Shown here: positions 30,268 through 39,712 of the stretch, in pieces
Layout of the letters: each line of letters opens with the position of its first letter
Numbering within the stretch: position 1 is the first letter of the stretch
Origin: a virus
Length of the DNA stretch: 64,000 bases
Strand: one strand, 5' to 3'
IMG/VR virus record: IMGVR_UViG_3300024274_000264
Translations under genes and position numbers: made by a program
Notes under the pieces: generated by a model
Database searches by the model: none
Seen by the model: the letters and a program-made list of their open reading frames with translations, nothing else
Told to the model about the DNA's origin: nothing

Positions 30268-30824
30268 GAATTTATTTGTTCAAGAATTTTTGTTAAAAAT
30301 TCTTGAACTGTTTCTTGTGCTGATATATCGATATAGTAAACTATAGGTGCTTGATTCTTTGCAAATCTCACATATGAGTCTTCTTTTTTCTTTGATTTAA
30401 ACTCTACCAAATCATACTTTTCAAATTTAAACTGATAGATTTTATTAGGAAGTTTTGTACCAGTTACAAACGGAATAAAATAGTTTGATTTCTTATCTTG
30501 TGCAAAAAATCTTTCTTTCTCTATTTCCGATGGAAGGCCACTATAGTTTTTTGTTACTGTGAGATTTTTCATATATGCATTTTCTGTTATCAAACTAAAA
30601 AAACCCTCATCTCCATATTCGATAATATCTTTAGCAATGTTAAAAAAATTATCAGTAGATTTTATCTCTACTAAATTTACAATTTTTGTATATAAATTTG
30701 TGCCTGGAAAATGTTCTGATATGAAATTGAAAAGATCTTCTATGGTATTTGCCAGTGTAGATAATTCTACTGTAGAATTTTCATCGGTTTTTTCAAAAAT
30801 AAATTGTTTTAAGAAAAGCATCAT
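30264..30824 (-). CDS. Hypothetical protein (MMLFLKQFIFE leader)
   Basis: 186-aa ORF. Confidence 0.65.
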   Translation of the reverse strand: MMLFLKQFIFEKTDENSTVELSTLANTIEDLFNFISEHFPGTNLYTKIVNLVEIKSTDNFFNIAKDIIEYGDEGFFSLITENAYMKNLTVTKNYSGLPSEIEKERFFAQDKKSNYFIPFVTGTKLPNKIYQFKFEKYDLVEFKSKKKEDSYVRFAKNQAPIVYYIDISAQETVQEFLTKILEQINS

Positions 30825-30862
30825 TTTTAAATATAAGAAAATAAATAGTATTTATAAACATC

Positions 30863-31339
30863 ATGATAAAGATATTTGACATAGTGTTTGAAAACAAGGA
30901 TCTTGATAGACAGTATAAAGAACTTGGTTTCAAACCAGGAGTACATCCTGTCGTAACCACACATAATAAACTTTTAGATGGTATTAGAAAACAAGTTACC
31001 TCAGTATTAAAAGGTGAAAATAAATATCTCCCAAACTATGGAAGTAAATTAACGAAAGAAGAACTTCTCCAACTTGTCACAAAAGGATCTGTGGTAATTC
31101 ATGATAAAAATGGAGAGCCTCATGATGTATCAATTTCCCAAGCTCTTGATAAACCTGGAATGTTAATTGAAATTTTAAAAGAACTTATTGTTTCTGGTTT
31201 TTATACAAGAGAAGAAACATCTCCTGCTATGAAATATCTTTTAGCCTCGTCTGCTCGCCTAAAAATGGCAAATCTTAAAAAAGAAAATTATTTCGAACTT
31301 TCAAATATCGAAATTGAAAATCTTTTATTCTTGCTTTGA
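30863..31339 (+). CDS. Hypothetical protein (MIKIFDIVFE leader)
   Basis: 158-aa ORF with TATTTA 8 nt upstream. Confidence 0.7.
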   Translation: MIKIFDIVFENKDLDRQYKELGFKPGVHPVVTTHNKLLDGIRKQVTSVLKGENKYLPNYGSKLTKEELLQLVTKGSVVIHDKNGEPHDVSISQALDKPGMLIEILKELIVSGFYTREETSPAMKYLLASSARLKMANLKKENYFELSNIEIENLLFLL

Positions 31340-31353
31340 TTTATCTTTCCCTC

Positions 31354-31382
31354 TTTACAGCCCTTTTATCAGTTGGTATGAT
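31354..31382 (+). promoter_or_regulatory. Sigma70-type promoter at the head of HRxDGPA array A
   Basis: TTTACA-N17-TATGAT with an extended -10 TG. Confidence 0.65.
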
Positions 31383-31650
31383 ATACTGATTTATGACCTC
31401 TTTCTGCTACCAACCAAAAATGTTAAAAGAGGAAATTCTTTCTGATTTTGAATGATTTTACATGGAAAATTCCAAGGAATATGTAATATTTGAATTTATC
31501 ACTTGTTTTCCTAGGAATTCTTGTTTAAACAGTCATTCTTATATGCCTAGAGCGGGCTAGAATATAATAATAAACTATTTTCCAGGAAAAACCAAGACAA
31601 TAAAACCCAGGAAATTATGCGAGATTTTATCGAAAATAAGGCAATAAAAC

Positions 31651-32025
31651 ATGTCACAGACAACACTAAAGTTTCCATACTGGAAAGATGCCCCAGAAAA
31701 CTATACGGGAATCATCGATAGGACAAACGGAGTAAACGGATCAATTGAATATTACAGAGATGGATTACTTCACAGAATAGATGGTCCAGCCATCAAATAT
31801 ATGGCTGGAAATGAATATTGGTATGTTGATGGAGATATATACTTTGTTTCTTCATTAAATTGGTTTATTGAACACTCGGTCTTTCTTAAAAAAGAAAAAG
31901 GTAAATATGACTTATATTGGCTTAAGTTCTTAACAGAAAAAGGAATTGAAGAGTTTCCAATAATACCAGGAATGGAAAAAAATAAAGATTTTATAGAAAT
32001 AATAGAAAACTTAAATATGGTATAA
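31651..32025 (+). CDS. HRxDGPA-repeat family protein 1 (1 repeat)
   Basis: PENYTGI, LHRIDGPA, KEKGKYDLYWLKFLTEKGIEEFPIIPGM. Confidence 0.85.
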   Translation: MSQTTLKFPYWKDAPENYTGIIDRTNGVNGSIEYYRDGLLHRIDGPAIKYMAGNEYWYVDGDIYFVSSLNWFIEHSVFLKKEKGKYDLYWLKFLTEKGIEEFPIIPGMEKNKDFIEIIENLNMV

Positions 32026-32029
32026 AAAC

Positions 32030-32512
32030 ATGAACAAAATATATGTCGAGAGGTTTAGTTTTGCTCCGAAAAACTTTACAGGAGTTGTCGAAACCTATAA
32101 TAAAGACTTGTGTTGGCTTAAAGAAGGAAAACTTTATCAAAGAGAAAATGATCAACCAAGTGTCCAATATTGTGACGGAGAAAAAAGATGGTTTATGGAT
32201 GAAAAACTTCATAGAACAACTGGTCCCGCAGTTGAAAAACCAATCTGTAAACTTGGTGGGGCAACTATAATCATAGATCACAAAGAATGGTGGGTTGAAG
32301 GAAAACACTATTTTCCTATTGTTTTTGAATTTTATAGCAACAATTTCTTTTTAGAAAATAGAATCTTTCTTAAAAAAGAAAAAGATAAATATGATCTTGA
32401 GTGGTTATGGTTTTTAACAGAAAATGAAATTAAAAAATATCCTCTTATTCCTGGTATTGAATCTGACAAAAGGACGAAATCTTATTATGACCATTTAAAA
32501 CTACAAATGTAG
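32030..32512 (+). CDS. HRxDGPA-repeat family protein 2
   Basis: PKNFTGV, one degenerate repeat plus LHRTTGPA, constant C-terminal module. Confidence 0.85.
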   Translation: MNKIYVERFSFAPKNFTGVVETYNKDLCWLKEGKLYQRENDQPSVQYCDGEKRWFMDEKLHRTTGPAVEKPICKLGGATIIIDHKEWWVEGKHYFPIVFEFYSNNFFLENRIFLKKEKDKYDLEWLWFLTENEIKKYPLIPGIESDKRTKSYYDHLKLQM

Positions 32513-32537
32513 CACACAAAAAAACAAATAAATAAAA

Positions 32538-32921
32538 ATGAAAACAATAAAACTAAAACTAAAAGAACATGTTCCTGAACACTATACAGGAATTATCGAA
32601 TGGGAAAATGGACCAAAATATTGGTATAAAGAAGGAAAACTTCATAGATTAGATGGTCCTGCTTGTGAATTTTCAGATGGATATAAACAATGGTGGATTG
32701 AAGGAAAAGAAAATAATGTCAAAAAACTTTTTGAACTAATTCAAAAAGCGATTTATCTTGGAGCCGAAAAAGGCAACCATAACCTGTGTTGTTTAAGGTT
32801 CCTAACAGAAAATCAAGGAATCCAAGAGTTTCCCATTGTTCCAGGAATGGAAGAATGCAAAGAATTTAAAACTTTGTTTGAATCCCTTAACCAAAAAACG
32901 ATCGCGGCATCAATAACATGA
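32538..32921 (+). CDS. HRxDGPA-repeat family protein 3 (1 repeat)
   Basis: LHRLDGPA plus constant module. Confidence 0.85.
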   Translation: MKTIKLKLKEHVPEHYTGIIEWENGPKYWYKEGKLHRLDGPACEFSDGYKQWWIEGKENNVKKLFELIQKAIYLGAEKGNHNLCCLRFLTENQGIQEFPIVPGMEECKEFKTLFESLNQKTIAASIT

Positions 32922-33361
32922 ACCAACAACAAACAACATTAAAACTGAAAAACGAAGAACCTATTCCAGAATACTATACAGGAATTGTTGAACGGGAAAA
33001 TGGAACCAAGGAATGGAGAAAAAAAGGAATGATTCACCGAGAAGATGGTCCTGCGGTTGAATATTCAGATGGAACCAAATGTTGGTACAAAAATGGATTG
33101 TGGCATCGACTCGATGGCCCAGCAGTTGAATATCAAAACAAGTATAAAAATCGATGGCATATTGATGGAAATATCATGAGTGCTAAAATTCTAAAACATC
33201 ATATAGATAATATGATTTATTTAGGAACCGAAAAGGGCAAATATAACTTATATTGGTTAAAATTTTTATCAGAAAATGGGGTCGAAGAGTTTCCAATCAT
33301 ACCAGGAATGGAAAAAGATGAAAATTTTAAACCACTCCTCCTAAAAACTTTAGGGACATAA
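32918..33361 (+). CDS. HRxDGPA-repeat family protein 4 (2 repeats)
   Basis: IHREDGPA, WHRLDGPA. Confidence 0.85.
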   Translation: MNQQQTTLKLKNEEPIPEYYTGIVERENGTKEWRKKGMIHREDGPAVEYSDGTKCWYKNGLWHRLDGPAVEYQNKYKNRWHIDGNIMSAKILKHHIDNMIYLGTEKGKYNLYWLKFLSENGVEEFPIIPGMEKDENFKPLLLKTLGT

Positions 33362-33364
33362 AGC

Positions 33365-33868
33365 ATGAAAATTTTGAAACCAAAAAATAGTGAAAAATAT
33401 ACAGGAATTGTTGAATGGGAAAATGGAACCAAATATTGGTATAAAGATGGATTACTCCACAGAGAAGATGGACCAGCTGTTGAATGGGCAGACGGAGCAA
33501 AATTCTGGTATAAAGAAGGAAAACTTCACAGAATAGATGGTCCAGCTATTGAATACGCAAATGGATCAAAACTCTGGTATGAAAAAGGAAAACTTCATAG
33601 AATAGATGGTTCAGCAGTCGAATGGAATGATGGGATAAAAGAATGGTGGATTGAAGGAAAATTCTATAACCAGTCGGATCTAGAAAAATTTATCAACTAT
33701 TTCCTTTTTCTTGGAAAAGAAAACGGCAAATATAACTTATGTTGGTTAAAGTTCCTAACAGAACAAAGAATTGAAGAATTTCCAATTATTCCTGGAATGC
33801 ACAACGCCTTATGGTTTAGGGAACTATTTCAAAATCTTGATGAAATCAAAACGACACCAATAACATGA
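33365..33868 (+). CDS. HRxDGPA-repeat family protein 5 (3 repeats)
   Basis: LHREDGPA, LHRIDGPA, LHRIDGSA. Confidence 0.85.
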   Translation: MKILKPKNSEKYTGIVEWENGTKYWYKDGLLHREDGPAVEWADGAKFWYKEGKLHRIDGPAIEYANGSKLWYEKGKLHRIDGSAVEWNDGIKEWWIEGKFYNQSDLEKFINYFLFLGKENGKYNLCWLKFLTEQRIEEFPIIPGMHNALWFRELFQNLDEIKTTPIT

Positions 33869-34332
33869 ATACGATAAAACTGAAAAATGAAGAACCTATT
33901 CCAGAATACTATACAGGAATTATTGAATGGGAAAATGGAACCAAATATTGGTATAAAGAAGGAAAACAACATCGAATAGATGGTCCTGCTTGTGAATGGG
34001 ATAATGGAGATAAGTTTTGGTATAAAGAAGGCTTACTTCATAGAATCGATGGCCCAGCAATTGAATATCAACATGGAGCCAAATTTTGGTATATAGACGA
34101 TAACCACTATCATGGCTCCAAAACTATTGAAATCTTGTTATCCAATTCTATCTTTCTTTCTGCCGAGCCAAACGGAAAATATAACATTCCCTGGCTTTTG
34201 TTTCTAACAGAACAAGGAATTACTGAACACCCTATCCTCCCAGGTTATCCATATTCTTTAAGGTATATCAATAAGTTTGTTTCCTCTCTCCCTGATTCCA
34301 TTCAGTCCATTATAAGGTCTTCAGCTCAATAA
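33865..34332 (+). CDS. HRxDGPA-repeat family protein 6 (2 repeats)
   Basis: QHRIDGPA, LHRIDGPA; divergent C-terminal module. Confidence 0.85.
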   Translation: MNTIKLKNEEPIPEYYTGIIEWENGTKYWYKEGKQHRIDGPACEWDNGDKFWYKEGLLHRIDGPAIEYQHGAKFWYIDDNHYHGSKTIEILLSNSIFLSAEPNGKYNIPWLLFLTEQGITEHPILPGYPYSLRYINKFVSSLPDSIQSIIRSSAQ

Positions 34333-34354
34333 AAACATTCGGGGCAGCAACAGC

Positions 34355-34804
34355 ATGAATATGCTAAAAATAACTTCCAGAAGACAAATTCCAAAAAACT
34401 TTACAGGTATTGTGGAATACGAAGACGGAAACAAAGTATTTCTTAAAGAAGGAAAATATCATCGAACTGATGGTCCTGCTATTGAATGGTTAAACGGCAC
34501 AAAACTTTGGTATATAGAAGATAAACGGCACCGAATAGACGGCCCAGCGATTGAGTGGAGTGATGGATCAAAAGAATGGTGGATCGATGATAATATTTTT
34601 AACTGTACGTTGCTAGACGAGCTCATTCAAACATCTGTTTATCTTGGAAAAGAAAAAAGTAAGTTCAATCTTGAATGGCTAAGATTCTTAACAGAAGATG
34701 AAATTTATGAATTCCCAATTATTCCTGGTATGTGGCAATATGAAGAGCTTAAAATCTCGTTTGAAAGTCTTGATAAAGAAACAAAAACGGCACCAATACC
34801 ATGA
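34355..34804 (+). CDS. HRxDGPA-repeat family protein 7 (2 repeats)
   Basis: YHRTDGPA, RHRIDGPA. Confidence 0.85.
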   Translation: MNMLKITSRRQIPKNFTGIVEYEDGNKVFLKEGKYHRTDGPAIEWLNGTKLWYIEDKRHRIDGPAIEWSDGSKEWWIDDNIFNCTLLDELIQTSVYLGKEKSKFNLEWLRFLTEDEIYEFPIIPGMWQYEELKISFESLDKETKTAPIP

Positions 34805-35232
34805 ATACCTTAAAACTAAAAGAAAATCAAGAGCCCCCATCAAATTATACAGGAATTGTAGAACATGTAGATGGAACCAAGTTTTGGTATAAAGAAGGAT
34901 TGCTTCATAGAGAAAATGGCCCAGCTGCTGAATATAATGACAATAAAACTAATTGTTGGTATGTAGAAGGGTTAATTCATAGATTAGATGGTCCAGCAAT
35001 TGAATATGCAAATGGAGTTAACGAATGGTACATTCAAGATGAATGTTATGCTCCTGAAATGCTTTCTCACTTGATTAAAACATCTATTTTTCTCGGGAAA
35101 GAAAAAGGAAAATATAACCTTTATTGGTTAAAGTTTTTATCAGAAACCCAAGGAATTAAGGAGTTTCCGATCATTCCAGGGATGGATAAAGATGAAAGTT
35201 TCAAACAACTATTCGAAACTTTAGGAATATAA
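34801..35232 (+). CDS. HRxDGPA-repeat family protein 8 (2 repeats)
   Basis: LHRENGPA, IHRLDGPA. Confidence 0.85.
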   Translation: MNTLKLKENQEPPSNYTGIVEHVDGTKFWYKEGLLHRENGPAAEYNDNKTNCWYVEGLIHRLDGPAIEYANGVNEWYIQDECYAPEMLSHLIKTSIFLGKEKGKYNLYWLKFLSETQGIKEFPIIPGMDKDESFKQLFETLGI

Positions 35233-35234
35233 AA

Positions 35235-35681
35235 ATGAAAACAATAAAACTGAAAAAACATGAAATTGCCCCAAGCAATTTTACAGGAATTATTGAATCG
35301 GAAAATGGAAATAAGTATTGGTACAAAAATGACAAACTTCACAGAATAGATGGACCAGCTGTGGAATATCTAGGCGGAACAAAAGAATGGTGGATTGAAG
35401 ATAAACTTCATAGAGTAGATGGACCAGCAATTGAATATTCCAGTGGACATAAAGAATGGTGGATTAATAAAAGTGTTTATAATGTTTATTACCTAGAATA
35501 TCTTTTTGAAACCGCAATATATCTTAGGAAAGAAAAAGGAAAATATGATTTATATTGGTTTAAATTCTTAACAGAAACAGGAATTGAAGAATTCGCGGTT
35601 ATTCCAGGAATGGAAATCGATCAAGAATATAATGAATTATTTTTTAAAATTGATCAATTGGCGGGGGCAACCTCAATATGA
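35235..35681 (+). CDS. HRxDGPA-repeat family protein 9 (2 repeats)
   Basis: LHRIDGPA, LHRVDGPA. Confidence 0.85.
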   Translation: MKTIKLKKHEIAPSNFTGIIESENGNKYWYKNDKLHRIDGPAVEYLGGTKEWWIEDKLHRVDGPAIEYSSGHKEWWINKSVYNVYYLEYLFETAIYLRKEKGKYDLYWFKFLTETGIEEFAVIPGMEIDQEYNELFFKIDQLAGATSI

Positions 35682-36079
35682 GTCAAATAAAACAGCGAAA
35701 CATTTTCCAACTAAAAGTTGGAGAAAAAATACCAGAAAACTTTACTGGTATTGCGATTAACGAAAATCAATCTAAATTTTATTACAGAGATGGATTACTC
35801 CACCGAGAAGATGGACCTGCAAGAGAATGGGCAACTGGTCATAAAGAATGGTGGATTGATGGAGAAGAATATACCTGGTTGTGTGTTTTTACGATGATAA
35901 AGGACGGGATTTATATTAAAACTGAAAAAGACGACTATAACCTATATTGGCTAACATTTTTGACAGAAGAAGGATTCGAAAAGTTTCCTATTATACCTGG
36001 AATGGAAACAGATCCGTGGTTTAAAGCCTCGGTCGAGATGCTTAAACAAGCCAAAATAATCGAGGCAACATCACCATGA
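35678..36079 (+). CDS. HRxDGPA-repeat family protein 10 (1 repeat)
   Basis: LHREDGPA. Confidence 0.85.
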   Translation: MSQIKQRNIFQLKVGEKIPENFTGIAINENQSKFYYRDGLLHREDGPAREWATGHKEWWIDGEEYTWLCVFTMIKDGIYIKTEKDDYNLYWLTFLTEEGFEKFPIIPGMETDPWFKASVEMLKQAKIIEATSP

Positions 36080-36471
36080 ATCAACAACAAACCATAATAA
36101 AAGTAATCTCATTTACGGAAGTTCCAGATAAGTATACAGGAATTGCTATCCGTAGCAATGGATCTAAATGTTGGTTCAAAGAAGGAAAAAGACATAGAAT
36201 AGATGGTCCAGCAAACGAATACTTTGATGGATCAAAAATATGGTGGATCGAAGGAATTCTTTATGGCCATAGACTATTAAAAAATCTTATTGAATTCTCA
36301 ATCTTTCTTGGAACCGAAAAAGGAAAATATGATCTTGATTGGTTAAGGTTCTTAACAGAAGAAGAAGGAATCCAAGAGTTTCCTATAGTTCCTGGAATGG
36401 AGGAATTAAAAACATTTCAGGAGTTGTTTAAAAGTCTTCGTAATCAAATAGTCGGGGCAACAATACCATGA
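36076..36471 (+). CDS. HRxDGPA-repeat family protein 11 (1 repeat)
   Basis: RHRIDGPA. Confidence 0.85.
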   Translation: MNQQQTIIKVISFTEVPDKYTGIAIRSNGSKCWFKEGKRHRIDGPANEYFDGSKIWWIEGILYGHRLLKNLIEFSIFLGTEKGKYDLDWLRFLTEEEGIQEFPIVPGMEELKTFQELFKSLRNQIVGATIP

Positions 36472-36965
36472 ATACCATAAAACTTAAAGATGAAGAAAAT
36501 ATTCCCAATAAGTTTACTGGAATTGTTGAATGGGAACACGGAACAAAACAATGGTATAAAGAAGGATCGTTTCATAGATTGAATGCTCCAGCAGTTGAAT
36601 TCGCAGATGGAACAAAATATTGGTACAAGGAAGGAAAACCTCATCGAGAGGATGGTCCAGCTATTGAATACCCAAATGGAGAAAAACATTGGTATAAAGA
36701 GGGAAAACGACATAGAGTTGATGGTCCTGCTATTGAATTACCAAACGGAGAAAAAGAATGGTGGATCGAAGGAATGTATTATGCTCCTGCAATACTTTCT
36801 TACTTAATTCAATTTGCTGTTTATCTCGGAACAGAAAAAGGCAACCATAACCTACCTTGGTTAAGGTTCTTAACAGAAGAAGGAATAGAAGAATTTCCTC
36901 TTATTCCAGGTATGAACCAAGACAAAAACTTTAAGAAGTTGTTAATCCATTCCTATAACTCTTGA
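36468..36965 (+). CDS. HRxDGPA-repeat family protein 12 (3 repeats)
   Basis: FHRLNAPA, PHREDGPA, RHRVDGPA. Confidence 0.85.
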   Translation: MNTIKLKDEENIPNKFTGIVEWEHGTKQWYKEGSFHRLNAPAVEFADGTKYWYKEGKPHREDGPAIEYPNGEKHWYKEGKRHRVDGPAIELPNGEKEWWIEGMYYAPAILSYLIQFAVYLGTEKGNHNLPWLRFLTEEGIEEFPLIPGMNQDKNFKKLLIHSYNS

Positions 36966-36991
36966 CTCTCTTCTTGGTTAAGATATATCAT
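36962..36991 (+). promoter_or_regulatory. Possible sigma70-type promoter
   Basis: TTGACT-N18-TATCAT. Confidence 0.45.
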
Positions 36992-37011
36992 GGTTGAAAC
37001 TTCTTTCTATT

Positions 37012-37203
37012 TGGTTTCTATTTGGTTAAACCTTCATTAATTTGATTAATTTTCTATTAAATTCTTGTTAAATTCTTCACATGGTTTCTATTTGGTTAAA
37101 CCTTCATTAATTTGATTAATTTTCTATTAAAACTCATATGGTTAAACCTTCATTAATTTGATTAATTTTCTATTAAATTCTTGTTAAATTCTTCACATGG
37201 TTT
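37012..37203. repeat. AT-rich direct repeats: 39-bp core x3 within a ~70-bp unit
   Basis: TGGTTAAACCTTCATTAATTTGATTAATTTTCTATTAAA at 37023, 37093 and 37139; TTCTTGTTAAATTCTTCACATGGTTT follows copies 1 and 3. Confidence 0.92.
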
Positions 37204-37495
37204 GATACATTTCACTCTTTCAACTTTTTCTTCAAAATTTTACTTTCTCAAACATTTCATTTAATTTCTTTTAGTTTCAATTTTTGGTCTTGGGAACCAA
37301 CACACACGGGCAACAGTTGGGCGTCAACTACCGCAACGAATAGTTCAAGAGTTTCGATAAGTTAGAGCAAGGTCAATGTGAAATTAATTCAGCAAGTGGA
37401 GGGTAGCGGGGTTGTGGAGTGGGGGAAGGTGGAAGGAGGAATAAAGTGGAATTAAAGTAGGAAAGAGAGAGGGAGGGGTTGACGGTGCGGATAGA

Positions 37496-38026
37496 GTGGC
37501 TAAGGTGAGTATTGGTGGAGTGGGTTTATTTGTTAAGAAAGGACAAATAAAAAAGATGCCAAAACACAGGGTTATAAGGTTAAAACCCAATATAAGTGGT
37601 GTGAGGATGGGTTTCACGGGAATGATTATTTCGGAGAAAATGGGTGGTGGTGTTGCGGGAAAATATTGGTATAAGAAAGGATTACTTCATCGAGAAGGCG
37701 GCCCAGCATTTGAAACTTTTGATATAACCTATAGAGAAAAGAGATGGTATAAAGAAGGAAAGTTGCATAATCCTTATGGATATGCTATTGAAGTGAACTC
37801 GGGATATACAGCATTTTATCTTGAGAGCAAGGAGGTTTCTGCAATTAGCTTAAGAATGCTTTTTGACACTTCTTTATACTTTGGGTATGAGATAGGAAAG
37901 TATGGTATTAAGTGGATGAAGTTTTTAACGGATAAGAATGGGATTGAAGAGTTTCCTTATATTAAAGGAATGGAAGAGAAAGAAATTTGCAAAGGGATAT
38001 TGGAAGAATTAGGGGTTATGGATTGA
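37496..38026 (+). CDS. HRxDGPA-repeat family protein 13 (divergent)
   Basis: GFTGMI, LHREGGPA, LHNPYGYA, GKYGIKWMKFLTDKNGIEEFP; start uncertain. Confidence 0.8.
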   Translation: MAKVSIGGVGLFVKKGQIKKMPKHRVIRLKPNISGVRMGFTGMIISEKMGGGVAGKYWYKKGLLHREGGPAFETFDITYREKRWYKEGKLHNPYGYAIEVNSGYTAFYLESKEVSAISLRMLFDTSLYFGYEIGKYGIKWMKFLTDKNGIEEFPYIKGMEEKEICKGILEELGVMD

Positions 38027-38042
38027 GGTTGTGGAAGGATAA

Positions 38043-38471
38043 ATGTCTATGGAGGTTTTAAAGTTAAAAGCTGGGGTTGCTGTTTCGGGGAATTATACAG
38101 GAATAATTGAGTATGAAATTGGGACTAAAATTTGGTATAAAGAGGGTAAACTCCATCGAGAAGATGGACCAGCTATTGAGGTTTGGGATGGAACAAAAGA
38201 ATGGTGGGCCGATGGAAAATGTCATAGGATAGATGGCCCAGCAATTGAACGAACAAATGGAACAAAAGAGTGGTGGGTTGAGGATATTCGATGTTTTGAT
38301 TTAATCGATTTTGATTTTTATACAAAGTATGCAGCTTATATGGGATTAGAGAAAGGCAAATATGGTATTGAATGGGTTAAGTTTTTAACAGAAGAAGGAA
38401 TAGAAGAGTTTCCTATTGTTTTAGGGATGAAAGATTATGAAGAGATTAAGAGATTGATTTCTTTGTTATGA
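38043..38471 (+). CDS. HRxDGPA-repeat family protein 14 (2 repeats)
   Basis: LHREDGPA, CHRIDGPA. Confidence 0.85.
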   Translation: MSMEVLKLKAGVAVSGNYTGIIEYEIGTKIWYKEGKLHREDGPAIEVWDGTKEWWADGKCHRIDGPAIERTNGTKEWWVEDIRCFDLIDFDFYTKYAAYMGLEKGKYGIEWVKFLTEEGIEEFPIVLGMKDYEEIKRLISLL

Positions 38472-38501
38472 GTTTTGTGGGTGTTGCCGCGATTAAACTT
38501 C

Positions 38502-38650
38502 AACTTGAATTCTTTTCCAAAAAAGATGGGAAATATTGAAAAAAATTTTGACTTTCCATCTAGGAGAAAGTATAAAATATCTAGGGAAATTCCATAAAAC
38601 GATGTTTTTGAATTCATGTGTTTCGGAATTGCAGGGTTTTTGATATAAAA
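38502..38650 (+). repeat. 149-bp intergenic promoter cassette, copy 1
   Basis: Near-identical to 41471-41619; contains TTGACT(38548)-N17-TATAAA(38571). Confidence 0.9.
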
Positions 38651-38673
38651 CCAATCAATGGAAAGAGAAACAA

Positions 38674-39105
38674 ATGGAAATAATAAAGCTGGAAAACATG
38701 GGCCAAGTTCCTAGTGATTATACAGGAATTGTTATATTTAACTCGGGATATAAATATTGGTTTAAAGATGGAAAAAGACATAGAATTAACAACCCAGCTG
38801 TGGAATATGAAGATAGAGAAAAAGAATGGTGGGCTAAAGAATGGTGGGTTGATGGATTATTACACCGAATAGATGGACCTGCCGTTGAATGGAAAACTGG
38901 GTTTGTTATTTGGGGTGTTGATGGAAAAGAATACGATAAAGAGATGCTGGATGGAAATCTCTTTCTTAAGAAAGAGATAGGCAAGTATGGTTTAGAATGG
39001 ATTTATGTTTTAGGCGTGGGTGGGATAATTGAGTTTCCTATTATTCCTGGAATGGAAACTGATAAAGAGCTTTGGGATTGGATTAAGAAGATTTGTTCTA
39101 CATGA
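38674..39105 (+). CDS. HRxDGPA-repeat family protein 15 (2 repeats)
   Basis: RHRINNPA, LHRIDGPA. Confidence 0.85.
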   Translation: MEIIKLENMGQVPSDYTGIVIFNSGYKYWFKDGKRHRINNPAVEYEDREKEWWAKEWWVDGLLHRIDGPAVEWKTGFVIWGVDGKEYDKEMLDGNLFLKKEIGKYGLEWIYVLGVGGIIEFPIIPGMETDKELWDWIKKICST

Positions 39106-39112
39106 AAGAGAA

Positions 39113-39595
39113 ATGAAAACAGTCATGGAAGTTTTGAAACTGAAACTTAGTGGATATATTCCCGACAACTATACAGGAATAATTGAATGGGAAAATGGAA
39201 GTAAAAACTGGTATAAAGAAGATAAACTTCACCGAGAAGACGGTCCAGCTATCGAAAGAATAAATGGAGACAAATATTGGTATATTAAAGGAAAACTTCA
39301 TAGAACGGATGGACCTGCTATTGTTGGGATAAATGGATATAAAGAATGGTTTGTTAATGGCGACTTAGTTGGTTATAGTGTACTAAATTTTCTTGTATTC
39401 AATTCTTTGTATATTGGGAAAGAGAAAGGCAGATATGATCTATATTGGTTAAAGTTTTTAACAGAAGGAGGAATTAAAGAATATCCTCTCATTCCAGGAA
39501 TGAGAGAGGATAATAATATTTTAAGATCAATTCAAGAATTGAATTCTTTGGTTGGAGAAGAAGTTTTTTTAGATGTTGCCGCGACTGATTTATGA
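39113..39595 (+). CDS. HRxDGPA-repeat family protein 16 (2 repeats; start revised)
   Basis: ATG at 39113 (or 39125); LHREDGPA, LHRTDGPA. Confidence 0.85.
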   Translation: MKTVMEVLKLKLSGYIPDNYTGIIEWENGSKNWYKEDKLHREDGPAIERINGDKYWYIKGKLHRTDGPAIVGINGYKEWFVNGDLVGYSVLNFLVFNSLYIGKEKGRYDLYWLKFLTEGGIKEYPLIPGMREDNNILRSIQELNSLVGEEVFLDVAATDL

Positions 39596-39712
39596 TCATC
39601 AAGGAAATTCCCAGACATTTATTCACTTTATTTATACGGCTCAGCAGGGCATTAAAATCAAAAAAACGAACATTCCCTCGTTGGGAAAAGAAAGGCGTTA
39701 TAAGGGTTTTAA

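Noticed and set aside
37012-37203. CRISPR mini-array
   Set aside because: The intervening sequences are 31 and 7 nt, and the sequence after copy 3 repeats that after copy 1. This is tandem duplication rather than unique spacers, and no cas genes are present.
37401-37480. Canonical G-quadruplex
   Set aside because: The fourth G3+ run is ~45 nt from the third. Kept only as a G-rich tract within the origin-like finding.
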